Origin: an uncultured Actinomycetes bacterium
GTDB lineage: Bacteria; Actinomycetota; Actinomycetes; Actinomycetales; Actinomycetaceae
Length of the DNA stretch: 64,000 nt
NCBI GenBank assembly: GCA_963537175.1
Contig: CAUTDS010000005.1
Coordinates: 4,002 to 68,001, forward strand
Reading direction: 5' to 3'
Shown: piece after piece, positions 48,526-62,450 of the stretch
Layout: the number at the start of each line of letters is the position of its first letter
How positions within the stretch are numbered: the first letter of the stretch is position 1
Notes under the pieces: model-generated
Database searches by the model: none
What the model was told of the DNA's origin: nothing
Seen by the model: only the letters and a program-made list of their open reading frames with translations
Position numbers and translations under genes: made by a program

Positions 48526-49709
48526 GCGAGCGCAGCCTTGAGCTGGTCGACGCGGTTGATTGCTTCCCACGGGAACTGCTCACGACCGAAGTGGCCGTAC
48601 GCAGCGGTCTCGCGGTAGATCGGACGCAGCAGATCGAGGTCTTCGATCATGCCGAGGGGACGCAGGTCGAAGACCTCGCGGATGGCGTCCGCGATGCGCT
48701 CCTCGGGCACCGAAGCAGTCCCGAAGGTATCGACGTACAGGCCGATCGGGCGAGCACGTCCAATGGCGTAGGCAAGCTGAATTTCGCAACGCTGGGCGAT
48801 GCCGGCGGCCACGACGTTCTTAGCCACCCAACGGGCGGCGTAGGTGGCAGAACGATCGACCTTCGACGGATCCTTGCCGGAGAAAGCGCCGCCGCCGTGA
48901 CGGGCCATGCCGCCGTAAGTGTCGACGATGATCTTGCGGCCGGTAAGGCCGGCGTCCGCCGCTGGTCCACCCAGGACGAAGCGACCCGACGGGTTGATCA
49001 GAGTGGTCATGGACCCGGTCGCCAACGCAAGACCGGACTCCTCGATGACGGGGGTGATGACGTTGTCGCGCACCGCGTCGGCGATCGCCGACTGCGACAG
49101 TGCCTCGTCGTGCTGGGTGGATACGACGATCGTGTCGATACCCACCGGCCGACCGTTCTCGTACGCGAGGGTCACCTGAGTCTTGCCGTCGGGACGCAGC
49201 CCTTCAACGATGCCCTGCTTGCGAACGTCAGTCAGGCGCTTTGCCAGGCGGTGCGCCAGCCAAATGGGGGCGGGCATAAGGTCCGGGGTATCCGAGGAAG
49301 CATAACCGAACATGATGCCCTGATCGCCCGCGCCGAGACGGTCGCGCGGGTCCCCGCCCTGGGTGCCGCGCACTTCAAGGGCTTCATCAACGCCGCAGGC
49401 AATGTCGGGGCTCTGGCCGTCCAGCGACACGGAAACGCCGCAGGAGGCGCCGTCGAAGCCAACACGCGAGGAGTCGTAGCCGATCGAAAGGATCTCGCGA
49501 CGCACAATCTCAGGAATCTCAACGTACGCCTCGGTCGTCACCTCACCCGCGATATGGATGAGGCCGGTGGCCGCCATCGTCTCGACGGCAACGCGCGAGC
49601 GAGGGTCGGCGGCGAGCAGCGCGTCGAGGATCGCATCGGAGATACGGTCACAGACCTTGTCGGGGTGACCTTCGGTAACGGACTCAGAAGAAAAAAGCTG
49701 TTGACTCAC
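48522..49709 (-). CDS. metK: S-adenosylmethionine synthetase
   Basis: [28 protein letters not shown] and [16 protein letters not shown] motifs. Confidence 0.95.
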   Translation of the reverse strand: MSQQLFSSESVTEGHPDKVCDRISDAILDALLAADPRSRVAVETMAATGLIHIAGEVTTEAYVEIPEIVRREILSIGYDSSRVGFDGASCGVSVSLDGQSPDIACGVDEALEVRGTQGGDPRDRLGAGDQGIMFGYASSDTPDLMPAPIWLAHRLAKRLTDVRKQGIVEGLRPDGKTQVTLAYENGRPVGIDTIVVSTQHDEALSQSAIADAVRDNVITPVIEESGLALATGSMTTLINPSGRFVLGGPAADAGLTGRKIIVDTYGGMARHGGGAFSGKDPSKVDRSATYAARWVAKNVVAAGIAQRCEIQLAYAIGRARPIGLYVDTFGTASVPEERIADAIREVFDLRPLGMIEDLDLLRPIYRETAAYGHFGREQFPWEAINRVDQLKAALA

Positions 49710-50935
49710 CGCTTTAGATTATCAAGGAATGAAGCCATATGGCCGACAAGACCAGCGGCCACCTCATCCTTTGAGCCGACGTAACGGCCCGCGATGTGGC
49801 CGCTTGCATCCAGAAGGCGAATATCGTTGGGGACATCGCCGAATCCGACGCTCTCCCCCACCCGATTCAGACAGATGAAATCCGCGCCTTTTCGGGCAGC
49901 CTTGTCAGCGCCGTAGGCGAGAATCTCCTCGTCGCTGCCGGTCTCCGCGGCGAAACCAACGACAAGCGGCGGGCGCTGGTCGCTGTGCCCGATCTCGGCG
50001 AGGATATCGGGGTTGCGCACTAGGCGAATCGTCGGAGCATCCTCGGTAGATGGGTCCTTCTTCATCTTCGACTCCGAGGTCACCTCGGGCCTAAAGTCCG
50101 CGACGGCTGCCGTCATCACGAGAGCGTCGGCGCCGGCCACCTGATCGATCAAAGCCTCGCGCATCTGCAGGGCGCTGCCCACGCGAGTGACCTGCACGCC
50201 CGTCGGCAGCGCCTCGAGCAGAGCCGCCTCGATGTTGGCGGCGACCACGCGTACAGAAGCACCCGCTCGCGCCGCTGCCGACGCAATCGCCAGTCCCTGA
50301 CGACCGGATGACTGATTGCCCAAAAAACGGACCGGATCGATGGGTTCGCGCGTACCGCCAGCGGTGACAACGACCGTGCGGCCAGCAAGAGCGTTCGATG
50401 CCCGGTTGTGAGCATTAAGCACGCCAAGAGCCACCCGAGCAATCTCCTCGGGTTCAGGAAGGCGGCCGACACCGCTGTCTCCAGAACCGAGCGCGCCAGA
50501 CGCAGGATCGATGACGTGCACACCGCGCTCGCGTAGCGTCTTGACGTTCGCCTGCGTGGCGGGCGCCAGCCACATATTGGAGTGCATAGCGGGGGCAACG
50601 ACAACGGGCGCGTCCGATGCGAGAACAGTCAGCGACACCATGTCGTCGGCGAAACCGGCGGCGAGTCGCGCCAAAGAATTTGCGGTCGCGGGAACGACGA
50701 TGATGAGGTCTGCAACGCGAGCAAGCTCCACGTGCTCGGCGCGCCCCTCCCCCGCGATATCCACGGCAACCGGGCGGGACGTGATGCCCTCCCAGGTGGA
50801 ACGGCCAACGAAATCCAATGATGCGCGCGTCGCAGCGACATACACGTCGTGGCCCGCGCGTTGACACTCGCGGACCACGATGGGTGCTTTAAAGGCTGCG
50901 ACGCCGCCGGTCACACCGACGACGATCCTTGCCAT
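49706..50935 (-). CDS. coaBC: Bifunctional phosphopantothenoylcysteine decarboxylase / phosphopantothenate-cysteine ligase
   Basis: [17 protein letters not shown] flavoprotein N-terminus and PAMHSNMW. A CoaB half follows (ISNxSSG-like NQSSGRQG). The start at 50935 abuts the rpoZ stop. Confidence 0.9.
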   Translation of the reverse strand: MARIVVGVTGGVAAFKAPIVVRECQRAGHDVYVAATRASLDFVGRSTWEGITSRPVAVDIAGEGRAEHVELARVADLIIVVPATANSLARLAAGFADDMVSLTVLASDAPVVVAPAMHSNMWLAPATQANVKTLRERGVHVIDPASGALGSGDSGVGRLPEPEEIARVALGVLNAHNRASNALAGRTVVVTAGGTREPIDPVRFLGNQSSGRQGLAIASAAARAGASVRVVAANIEAALLEALPTGVQVTRVGSALQMREALIDQVAGADALVMTAAVADFRPEVTSESKMKKDPSTEDAPTIRLVRNPDILAEIGHSDQRPPLVVGFAAETGSDEEILAYGADKAARKGADFICLNRVGESVGFGDVPNDIRLLDASGHIAGRYVGSKDEVAAGLVGHMASFLDNLKR

Positions 50936-50936
50936 G

Positions 50937-51203
50937 TCAGGCCTCGGGATTGGCTTCGAGCGACAGGAGGCCTTCGTTGATCTCGCGCAGGGAAACAGCC
51001 AGCGGCTTCTCATCCGGCTGCACGTCGACGACCGGACCCACGAACTGGATCATGTTCTGCTGAAGCTGCAGGTTGTAGGAGTTAATCTGGCGCGCGCGCT
51101 TCGCAGCGAAGATAACCAGCGCGTACTTGGAATCGACGTGCTCCAGCAGATTGTCAATGGGCGGGGACGTGATGCCCACAGGCTGGGCAACAATTCCGGA
51201 CAT
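50937..51203 (-). CDS. rpoZ: DNA-directed RNA polymerase subunit omega
   Basis: 88 aa, with [17 protein letters not shown] as the omega signature. Confidence 0.9.
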   Translation of the reverse strand: MSGIVAQPVGITSPPIDNLLEHVDSKYALVIFAAKRARQINSYNLQLQQNMIQFVGPVVDVQPDEKPLAVSLREINEGLLSLEANPEA

Positions 51204-51239
51204 GCGTGTATTCCTCTCAGTGGCGGATTCAGATAGATA

Positions 51240-51797
51240 CTACTCCAGGCCAATGAGCCGAGCCAGCTCATCCGCCGCGCGCTCCACGTCGTCGTTGATC
51301 ACAACGTGGTCAAACTCCGAGGCGGCCTCCAGCTCAACGCGGGCGGTAGCCAGGCGGCGTGCCTGTTCCTCGGGGCCTTCGGTGCCGCGCCCGATAAGGC
51401 GACGCTCGAGCTCCTCCCACGAAGGCGGAGCGAGAAAAATGAACTGCGCGTCGGGCCTGTTGGTGCGGACCTGGCGTGCGCCGGCCAGATCAATCTCAAG
51501 AAGCACGGGCTTGCCAGCGGCGAGGGCTTCATCAACGGGTCCGCGAGGCGTCCCGTACTTGTTTTTTCCATGAACAAGCGCCCACTCCAACATGTCTCCG
51601 CGTTCGATCATTGCATCGAACTCTTGAGCGGAAACGAAGTAGTAGTGGGCGCCGTTCAATTCACCGGGCCGAGGATCGCGAGTTGTTGCCGAGACCGACA
51701 CGTTGAGGGTCGGGTAGCGCTCCTTGAGCGCAGCGACAACAGTTCCCTTTCCAACGGCTGTGGGGCCAGCGAGGACAGTCAGTTGAGCCTTAGTCAT
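51240..51797 (-). CDS. gmk: Guanylate kinase
   Basis: GPTAVGKGT P-loop, SATTRDPRPGE and YYF motifs. Confidence 0.9.
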   Translation of the reverse strand: MTKAQLTVLAGPTAVGKGTVVAALKERYPTLNVSVSATTRDPRPGELNGAHYYFVSAQEFDAMIERGDMLEWALVHGKNKYGTPRGPVDEALAAGKPVLLEIDLAGARQVRTNRPDAQFIFLAPPSWEELERRLIGRGTEGPEEQARRLATARVELEAASEFDHVVINDDVERAADELARLIGLE

Positions 51798-51824
51798 GAC
51801 TCAAGTGTGCCACGCTTGACCGCG

Positions 51825-52136
51825 TCAGCCGAAACGCTCGACGAGCGCCTTCCGCTGGACGGGGCCGAGGCCACGCACGCGCCTGCTCTGGGCGATCTTG
51901 TACTCGTCCATCAGTACGGCAGCCGTGTTCGTGCCGACGCGCGGCAGCGACTCCAGCAGCGAAACGACCTTCATCTTCGCTACGGCTTCGTCTGAATCAG
52001 CGAGTTCCAAAACCTCCGACAGGTTCATCGAGCGCGCCTTGAGCGCGTTCTTCACTTCGGCGCGACGCCTCCGTGCCTGCGTTGCCTTCTCGAGAGCCTG
52101 CGCCCTCTGTTCTGGCGTGAGATCAGGTAGTGCCAT
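51825..52136 (-). CDS. mihF: Integration host factor MihF (actinobacterial IHF)
   Basis: MALPDLTPEQRAQALEKA N-terminus and the conserved mihF-gmk-rpoZ order. Confidence 0.85.
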   Translation of the reverse strand: MALPDLTPEQRAQALEKATQARRRRAEVKNALKARSMNLSEVLELADSDEAVAKMKVVSLLESLPRVGTNTAAVLMDEYKIAQSRRVRGLGPVQRKALVERFG

Positions 52137-52212
52137 TCTGATCATCTCCTCCGTTGGGATCTTCGGTAAATAAACTATGTCACCTTCCAGACCACTAGTG
52201 CCAGACCAAAAC

Positions 52213-52236
52213 GCTGCTCTTTTAGTAACAGAGCAG
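52213..52236 (-). terminator. Weak hairpin plus U-rich tract after pyrF
   Basis: Minus strand: ctgctc-tgttactaaa-agagcag followed by cgtttt. Confidence 0.3.
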
Positions 52237-52237
52237 A

Positions 52238-53100
52238 TTATTGCAGCGAATCGACCGTTGCACGGTAGGCGTCTCGGAGTCCGGCGATGCTGGGGCCAGA
52301 ACGCAGGATTGCTCGTGAGGACGAGGCGAGGACGGCATCTTCGGCTCCGGCGAAAACCTCCCTGACCTGCGCCGGACCGGCGCCCTGTGCGCCCACTCCT
52401 GGAGCCAAAAAAGCGCCATTAAGCGAAGCGAGATCGATGCCCAAACGCTTCACCGCGTCGCCAACGGTGGCTCCCACGACGATGCCTGCCGGACCAAGGT
52501 GCTGTTGGTCACATTGGCTGTTAAAGTCCGCCAGTTGGGACACGACGCGCCCCGCGACGCTGCTTCCGTCCTCGCCACGGGCGTGCTGAACGGAAGCACC
52601 TTCAGGGTTGGAAGTGAGTGCCAAGACGAACACTCCCCTACCCGTCTGTCGTGCCAGTTCGAGTGCAGGAGTCAATGAGCCAACGCCCAGGTACGGCGAG
52701 AGTGTGACTGCGTCGCCCGCCAGCGGAGAGGAATTCGATAGGAACGCCTGCGCATAGCCATCCATCGTCGAGCCGATGTCACCGCGCTTAGCATCCACAA
52801 TGCACAGCGTTCCGACTTCGCGGCAGGCAGCGATGACCTCCTCGAGGACAGCGACGCCTCGGGAGCCGTGCCGTTCGAAGAACGCGGCCTGGGGCTTGAA
52901 GGCGGCAACGCGACCGCCGAGCGCCTCGATGACGCGAAGGGAGAACTCTCGCACACCGTTCGCGTCGTCGTCAAGTCCCCATTCCTGCAAGAGCCCCGCG
53001 TGAGGATCGATGCCCACGCACACGGGTCCATAGGTGCGCATGGCTTTGTACAGACGGTCGCCGAAGCCAGCTGAGGTGGCAGCCTTGATTGCGGAAGTCG

Positions 53101-53104
<4 letters not shown>
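52238..53104 (-). CDS. pyrF: Orotidine-5'-phosphate decarboxylase (type 2)
   Basis: [15 protein letters not shown] and [11 protein letters not shown] motifs. The ATG overlaps the carB stop (ATGA). Confidence 0.9.
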
Positions 53105-56399
<3,295 letters not shown>

Positions 56400-56400
<1 letters not shown>

Positions 56401-57587
56401 CAGTGGGTCTCCTTAGCGGCAGTCATCAAGGAAATAAAACGATCGAAGAGCAGCTCGCCGTCATGCGGGCCGGCTGCTGCCTCGGGGTGGTATTGGACGG
56501 AGAAGGCGGGAATGTCCAGGGCGCGCAGGCCCTCGACGACGCCGTCGTTGAGGCCGACGTGGGAGACCTCGACGCGCCCGTAGCGGCCGGACTCGAAGGG
56601 AGCAACCGAGGGCTCCCCCACCGGGGCATCCACCGCAAAGCCATGATTGTGAGCAGTGATCTCCACGCGGCCCGTGGCCACGTCCTTCACCGGCTGGTTG
56701 ATGCCGCGGTGACCATAGTCCAGCTTGTAGGTGCCGTAGCCGAGAGCGCGGCCGAAGAGCTGGTGACCAAAGCAGATGCCGAAGTACGGGATACCTTCGT
56801 CCAAAACGGCGCGCAGCACGCCGATCTCTCGGTCGGCCGTCGACGGGTCTCCGGGACCGTTGGAGAAGAAGACACCGTCCGGCTTGAGCGCCTCGATGTC
56901 GGCGAAGGACGCGGTGGACGGCACCACGTAGACGCGCGCGCCACGAGCGGCCAGGTGGTAGGGCGTGCGCGACTTGATACCGAGGTCGACGGCAACGACG
57001 CGCGCGATGGGCTCCTTGCCCTCGAAGTCACCGAGAGGCTCCACGACGTAGGTCTCGTCCGTCGACACCTCAGCGGCCAGTGCCGCTCCGCTCATTGCGG
57101 GCGACTCGGAGACGATGCGCACGAGGGAGGCCACGGCCTCGTCCCCCAGGTACTGCGCACCCACGGGCAGCGCGTCACCCGAGAAGATGCCGGCGCGCAT
57201 GGCCCCGCGCTCGCGGATGTGGCGCGTGATCGCACGCGTGTCGACGTCAGCGATGCCGACGATGCCCTGAGAGATCAGCTCGTCCTCCAGCTCGCGGCGC
57301 GAACGCCAGTTAGAGGCACGGCGAGCGGCGTCTCGCACGACGAAGCCCGCGACCCAGATACGAGAGGATTCGGGATCCTCGTCGTTGACGCCGGTGTTGC
57401 CGATGTGCGGGGCCGTCATGACGACGATCTGGCGGTGGTACGACGGGTCGGTGAGCGTCTCCTGGTAGCCGGTCATGCCGGTCGAGAACACGATCTCGCC
57501 GAGCGTGCGGCCCTTCGCGCCCCATGCGCGGCCCTTGAAAACGGTGCCGTCCTCCAGGACGAGCAGAGCGATATCGGACGTGGTCAT
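56400..57587 (-). CDS. carA: Carbamoyl-phosphate synthase small (glutaminase) subunit
   Basis: [12 protein letters not shown]-terminus and the GICFGHQL triad cysteine motif. The ATG at 57587 overlaps the pyrC stop. Confidence 0.95.
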
Positions 57588-58903
57588 CGGTCCTCCTTGG
57601 CAATCGGGGTGGCGTCGACGACCGTGGGGACGCCGCCAAAAATCGTGTATCGCACCTGGCCGGGCAGTTCCATGCCGCGGAAGGGGCAGTTCGTGGAGCG
57701 CGTCCACTGCTTAGCGGGATCAACCGTCACGCGGACGGTGGCATCGACGAGGGTGACGTGTGCGGGGGCGCCGACGACGAGGCCGCGGCCCTGAGACTCG
57801 ACGCGGCCGATCTGTGCGGGGACGGTCGACATGACGCGGGCGACGTCCGCCCAGTCCATGCGGCCCGTGTTCACCATCGTCTCGATGATGATCGGCAGCG
57901 CCGTCTCCAGGCCGGTCATGCCAAATGCGCCGGCCTGCCACTCGCAGTCCTTCATCTCGAGGGGGTGCGGCGCGTGGTCCGTCCCGATGCAGTCGATTGT
58001 GCCGTCGGCCAGGCCCTCGCGCACCGCCTCGACGTCCTCGGCGCGGCGCAGCGGCGGGTTCACCTTGTAGAGCGGGTCGTAGGTGGCGGCGAGCTGTTCG
58101 GTGAGGAGCAGGTGGTGAGGCGTGGCCTCGGCCGTGATGTCCACGCCCTGCGCCTTGGCCCAGCGCACGAGGTCCACCGAGCCCGCGGTCGACAGATGAC
58201 ACACGTGCAGGCGCGAGCCGACGTGCTTGGCGAGCAGGATGTCGCGGGCGATGATTGCCTCCTCGGCGACGGCGGGCCAACCGGCCAGGCCGAGCTCGCC
58301 GGACAGCGTCGACTCGTTCATCTGAGCGCCCTCGGTGAGGGCGGGATCCTGGCTGTGCTGGGCGATCACACCGCCAAAGCCCTTGACGTATTCAAGCGCG
58401 CGGCGCATGAGGACGGGATCAGACACGCACTTGCCGTCGTCGGAGAAGACGCGGACCTTCGAGCGCGAACGGGCCATCGAGCCGAGCGATGCGAGGTGCT
58501 TGCCTTCCAAGCCCTTGGTGACGGCGCCGACGGGACGCACCTCGACCCAGTCGGCTTCCTCGCCCAGGCGCAGCACCTGGTCGACGATGGCCGCCGTGTC
58601 CTGCGTGGGCGTCGTGTTGGCCATTGCGTGCACGGCCGTGTAGCCGCCGACGGCAGCAGCGCGCGTGCCGGTGAAGACGGTCTCGGCGTCCTCTCCGCCC
58701 GGCTGGCGCAGGTGGGTGTGAATGTCGACGAGGCCGGGCAGAGCGATGAGGCCTTCGGCGTCGATGACGCGCGGGTCACGCACGGAGTTGCGAGCGTCGG
58801 CGCCGATCGCGACGATGGTGCCACCGGACAGCGCAATGTCGGTGGGCTCCCCGCCGAGCAGCGAGGCGCCGGTGATCAGGATGTCACGAGTCTGTTCAGT
58901 CAT
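57584..58903 (-). CDS. pyrC: Dihydroorotase
   Basis: [10 protein letters not shown] metal-binding motif and GTDHAPH. The ATG at 58903 overlaps the pyrB end by 8 nt. Confidence 0.9.
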   Translation of the reverse strand: MTEQTRDILITGASLLGGEPTDIALSGGTIVAIGADARNSVRDPRVIDAEGLIALPGLVDIHTHLRQPGGEDAETVFTGTRAAAVGGYTAVHAMANTTPTQDTAAIVDQVLRLGEEADWVEVRPVGAVTKGLEGKHLASLGSMARSRSKVRVFSDDGKCVSDPVLMRRALEYVKGFGGVIAQHSQDPALTEGAQMNESTLSGELGLAGWPAVAEEAIIARDILLAKHVGSRLHVCHLSTAGSVDLVRWAKAQGVDITAEATPHHLLLTEQLAATYDPLYKVNPPLRRAEDVEAVREGLADGTIDCIGTDHAPHPLEMKDCEWQAGAFGMTGLETALPIIIETMVNTGRMDWADVARVMSTVPAQIGRVESQGRGLVVGAPAHVTLVDATVRVTVDPAKQWTRSTNCPFRGMELPGQVRYTIFGGVPTVVDATPIAKEDR

Positions 58904-59882
58904 TGCTGTGTCCTTCCGATGCGAGAAGCAGGTACAGGGCGGCCATGCGGATGCACACACCGTTCGACACCTGTTCGACGATGACAGATTGATCTGAGTC
59001 GGCTGCCTCAGCGCAGATTTCGAGGCCTCGGTTCATCGGGCCGGGATGCATGACGACGGCGCTGGGTGCCAGCGTCGCGAAGCGCGCGGGGGTGAGGCCG
59101 TACTCCGCGTGGTAGGCGCCGGGCGAGGGGAAGAAGCCGCCGCCCGCGCTCGACATGCGCTCGCGCTGGACGCGCAGCATCATGACCGCGTCGGGGCGCC
59201 TTGCCAGGGCCTCGTCGAAGTTGTAGGAGGTCTCGCAGTTCCAGGTCTCTACGCCGATCGGCAGGAGCGTCGGGGGCGCGACGAGGGTGACGCGCGCACC
59301 CAGCAGCGTCAGAAGGTCGACGTTGGAGCGCGCCACGCGCGAGTGGAGGACGTCGCCGACGATGACAACGTGGGCGCCATCGAGGCCGGAGCCGGGGGTG
59401 GGCGTTCCATCGTCGCCGAGCGACGGCGCGTAGTGGCGGCGAAGCGTCATCGCGTCGAGGAGTGCCTGCGTCGGATGCTGGTGGGTGCCGTCACCCGCGT
59501 TGAGTACCGGTAGGTTCATCCAGCCGGCGTGCGCGAGACGGTGTGCGGCGCCCGATGAGGAGTGGCGCACGATGACCGCGTCCGCGCCCATGGCCTCCAG
59601 CGTGAGCGCGGTGTCCTTGAGGGATTCGCCCTTGGAGACGGATGAGCCGCGAGACTGGAAGTTGATGACGTCGGCGCTCAGGCGCTTGGCGGCGGTCTCA
59701 AAAGAGATGCGGGTACGCGTCGAATCCTCGAAGAAGAGGTTGACGACGGTCTTGCCCTGAAGCGTCGGAAGCTTCTTCACGCCGTGGCGCTGAGTGGCGG
59801 CCATCTGCTCCGCCGTGTCGAGGATCAGAATCGCCTCCTCGCGCGTCAGGTCACGGATTGAAATGAGATGGCTCAGGCTCAT
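58896..59882 (-). CDS. pyrB: Aspartate carbamoyltransferase catalytic subunit
   Basis: [15 protein letters not shown] and HPGP motifs. Confidence 0.95.
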   Translation of the reverse strand: MSLSHLISIRDLTREEAILILDTAEQMAATQRHGVKKLPTLQGKTVVNLFFEDSTRTRISFETAAKRLSADVINFQSRGSSVSKGESLKDTALTLEAMGADAVIVRHSSSGAAHRLAHAGWMNLPVLNAGDGTHQHPTQALLDAMTLRRHYAPSLGDDGTPTPGSGLDGAHVVIVGDVLHSRVARSNVDLLTLLGARVTLVAPPTLLPIGVETWNCETSYNFDEALARRPDAVMMLRVQRERMSSAGGGFFPSPGAYHAEYGLTPARFATLAPSAVVMHPGPMNRGLEICAEAADSDQSVIVEQVSNGVCIRMAALYLLLASEGHSND

Positions 59883-59885
59883 CTT

Positions 59886-60449
59886 TTACAGGCCTTTCCC
59901 GAGAAGGACGCCATCGCGCCCGTCCGTTTCGTCGAGCAGGATGGTGACGATTTCGTCGCGGGACGTCGGCAGGTTCTTGCCGACGTAATCCGGGCGAATC
60001 GGAAGTTCGCGGTGGCCTCGGTCGACGAGGACTGCGAGCTGAACGGCCGCGGGGCGACCGATACGAGTGAGGGCATCGAGCGCGGCCTTGATGGTGCGGC
60101 CGGTGTACAGCACGTCGTCAACGAGGATGACGGTCTTGCCGTTAATGCCAGTGCGAGGAACCAGGGTCTCTTTCGGAGCCCGCAGAGGCTGAGAGGCCAG
60201 GTCGTCGCGGTACATCGTGGTGTCGATAATCGCGAGTTCCGCGTAGGTGCCGGATACTTCGCGGATGCGATTGACGAGGCGGCGCGCCAGCGTTGCGCCA
60301 CGAGTGGGGATGCCTGCGATCACGAGATTATCGCTGCCGCCGTTTCGCTCGACGATCTCATAGGCGATGCGTGTCAGGGAGCGTGCGACGTCGCCAATGC
60401 CCAATACTTCTTTGCCGCGCGATGCGCGATCTGCGTGCACTTCGGCCAC
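59886..60449 (-). CDS. pyrR: Bifunctional pyr operon regulator / uracil phosphoribosyltransferase PyrR
   Basis: The PRPP motif VILVDDVLYTGRT, first gene of pyrR-pyrB-pyrC-carAB-pyrF. GTG start after AAGGAG. Confidence 0.9.
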   Translation of the reverse strand: MAEVHADRASRGKEVLGIGDVARSLTRIAYEIVERNGGSDNLVIAGIPTRGATLARRLVNRIREVSGTYAELAIIDTTMYRDDLASQPLRAPKETLVPRTGINGKTVILVDDVLYTGRTIKAALDALTRIGRPAAVQLAVLVDRGHRELPIRPDYVGKNLPTSRDEIVTILLDETDGRDGVLLGKGL

Positions 60450-60454
60450 GCTTA

Positions 60455-60489
60455 CTCCTTCCCCGCCTCACGGGACGGTCATTAAAGGA
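60455..60489 (-). promoter_or_regulatory. Candidate PyrR-binding RNA hairpin overlapping the pyrR ribosome-binding site
   Basis: The minus-strand RNA reads UCCUUUAAUGACCGUCCCGUGAGGCGGGGAAGGAG. The flanks UCCUU/AAGGA pair. The terminal loop GUCCCGUGAGGC resembles the PyrR consensus GUCCAGAGAGGC. AAGGAG is the SD for the GTG at 60449. Confidence 0.55.
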
Positions 60490-60580
60490 TTTGATGTACT
60501 TCCATCCTACGCTCCTGATCAGACGTGAGTGTGACGCCTCCACGTGTGAAAGCCCACGTGAGTGGCGTTAGACTGCAGGA

Positions 60581-61618
60581 ATGAGCCAGGAGTCAAAGCA
60601 GTCCAATCCCGGGCAAAGGGTCGGTGTGACGCCGCTAGCGCACGGCCGCCCGGTGCCCGGACACCGCGTGACGCTGGACGATATTGCTCTTGCTGCCGGC
60701 ACGTCGATCGCGACTGTGTCACGCGCTCTGGGGGGATCTCCGCGCGTCGCCACCCCAACCCGCGAACGAATCGAAAAGGTGGCCGAGGAGCTCGGCTACC
60801 GGGCAAATATTGCGGCGTCGCTCCTCGCTTCGTCGCGGCCCCAGATCCTCGGCCTCGTCTGTTCCCTGAGCCAAGAGCTGCATGTTCGCTACCGTGCTGA
60901 GGCCCTCCGATACGCTGAAGATCGCGGCTTTCGCGTCATCGTGGAGTCTATCGACACCTCGCGCGACGTCGACCGAGCTTGGGAGTCCGTTCTGCAACTG
61001 CGTGCTCAGGCCGTCATTGCCGTTGACTCGACGTGCATATCGACGCGCTTCGCACATACTCCGACCGTCCTCATCGGTCAGCGCGCGCCTCGTCGCGACA
61101 TCGATCTCGTCACGAGTTCCAACGAGCGCGGCATGGGGCAGGCAATCGCTCTTCTTGCCCAACGCGGAAGTCGACGTATTGCATTCCTTGAGGGACCTCC
61201 CGGACCCTCCGCACGTGCGCGCAAAGCGGCTTTCACTCACGCCTGCAGAACTCACGAGGTCGATGCGCTCGCGGTGCCGGGCGGTGACAACGTCGATGCG
61301 GGCTTCCTCGCCGTTCGAGCGGGTGTCCCTGCGGGCGTCGATGCGCTCGTTTGCTACAACGACCAGTGCGCGCACGGCGCGATTCTTGCACTACTTGGAG
61401 ACGGCCTCGTTCCAGGCCGCGACATACTCGTAGTCGGTTGTGATAACTCGGCGATTGCTTCTTCACGCGCCCTCTCCCTAACGTCGATCGACCGTGCGCC
61501 GTCGCGTGTCGCAAGCTTGGCTGTTGATCAAGCGATCGCACGAGCGATCGGTGAAGGGGGCAGTCCGGCTCGACAGCGTGTTGACACCGAGCTTGTCGTG
61601 CGGGCTAGCACGGGATAG
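60581..61618 (+). CDS. LacI-family transcriptional regulator
   Basis: The HTH VTLDDIALAAGTSIATVSRALGG...RERIEKVAEELGYRAN, followed by a periplasmic-binding-protein-like sugar-binding fold. Confidence 0.85.
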   Translation: MSQESKQSNPGQRVGVTPLAHGRPVPGHRVTLDDIALAAGTSIATVSRALGGSPRVATPTRERIEKVAEELGYRANIAASLLASSRPQILGLVCSLSQELHVRYRAEALRYAEDRGFRVIVESIDTSRDVDRAWESVLQLRAQAVIAVDSTCISTRFAHTPTVLIGQRAPRRDIDLVTSSNERGMGQAIALLAQRGSRRIAFLEGPPGPSARARKAAFTHACRTHEVDALAVPGGDNVDAGFLAVRAGVPAGVDALVCYNDQCAHGAILALLGDGLVPGRDILVVGCDNSAIASSRALSLTSIDRAPSRVASLAVDQAIARAIGEGGSPARQRVDTELVVRASTG

Positions 61619-61620
61619 CC

Positions 61621-61657
61621 GCGCGGAACGAGCCGACCGTGAGCCCGTTCCGCGCGA
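61621..61657. terminator. Bidirectional hairpin between the convergent LacI and IMPase genes
   Basis: cgcgcggaacg-(15 nt)-cgttccgcgcg, an 11-bp stem. Confidence 0.45.
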
Positions 61658-61667
61658 CCGTCTGCTC

Positions 61668-62450
61668 TTACTGCACCGAGGACATCAAACACTCAACAAG
61701 TGTCGTATGAACGTTGGGTGTGCCGAGGAGAATTGAACCCTTGTAGCGCACGTCGAGCGGAGTTCCGTCCAAGCGCGTCGCGAGCGCACCACACTCGGTG
61801 GCGATGAGTGCTGCTGCGGCGATGTCCCAGGGAGAGACCCACATATGGACGAACGCTCCAGCACGCCCGACCGCGACCTCCACGCACTCGAGGGCCGCAG
61901 AGCCGTAGCGCCGATGACCGCGGCTGTCCTGGAGTGCGCGGGCAAGCCGAGGCAGCGCGAGAATCTCTTTGATGTCGGTGATGATGATGGCGTCCCGATA
62001 CGATGGCGCATCCGCTGCCCGAGGAAGGGGCGCTCCATCGACCCAGGCTCCCTGATCTCGGATCGCATGGTAGATGCGGCCGGCGACGACGTCCGCGACC
62101 ACGCCGAGAACCGGAATTCCGTCCTCGCACAGGGCCAGTGACACCGCATAATCGCGGTGGGTCTCCACGTAGTTCATCGTGCCGTCGATCGGGTCGAGCA
62201 CCCAGACGAGCCCGGCGAAGGAATCAACCGCGTGTCCCTCCTCCCCCAGCAACGGCAAGCCTGTCGTCGCGTGGAGGTGGGAAGCAATATCTGCTTCGAT
62301 CGCTTTATCAACGGCCGTCACGAGATCGTTGCGATTGGCTTTCGTGTGAACATCAAGCTCGACGGGTGGGTGAAGAGCGATGCTCATCCCCCTGCGGACA
62401 GCTTCGATAGCTGCGTTGAGCAGATGCTCCATATCGGCGGTCGTGCTCAC
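61668..62450 (-). CDS. Inositol monophosphatase family protein (SuhB/ImpA/CysQ-like)
   Basis: The WVLDPIDGTMNYV and SPWDIAAAALIATECGA motifs. The GTG start overlaps the upstream transporter stop (GTGA). Confidence 0.85.
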   Translation of the reverse strand: MSTTADMEHLLNAAIEAVRRGMSIALHPPVELDVHTKANRNDLVTAVDKAIEADIASHLHATTGLPLLGEEGHAVDSFAGLVWVLDPIDGTMNYVETHRDYAVSLALCEDGIPVLGVVADVVAGRIYHAIRDQGAWVDGAPLPRAADAPSYRDAIIITDIKEILALPRLARALQDSRGHRRYGSAALECVEVAVGRAGAFVHMWVSPWDIAAAALIATECGALATRLDGTPLDVRYKGSILLGTPNVHTTLVECLMSSVQ

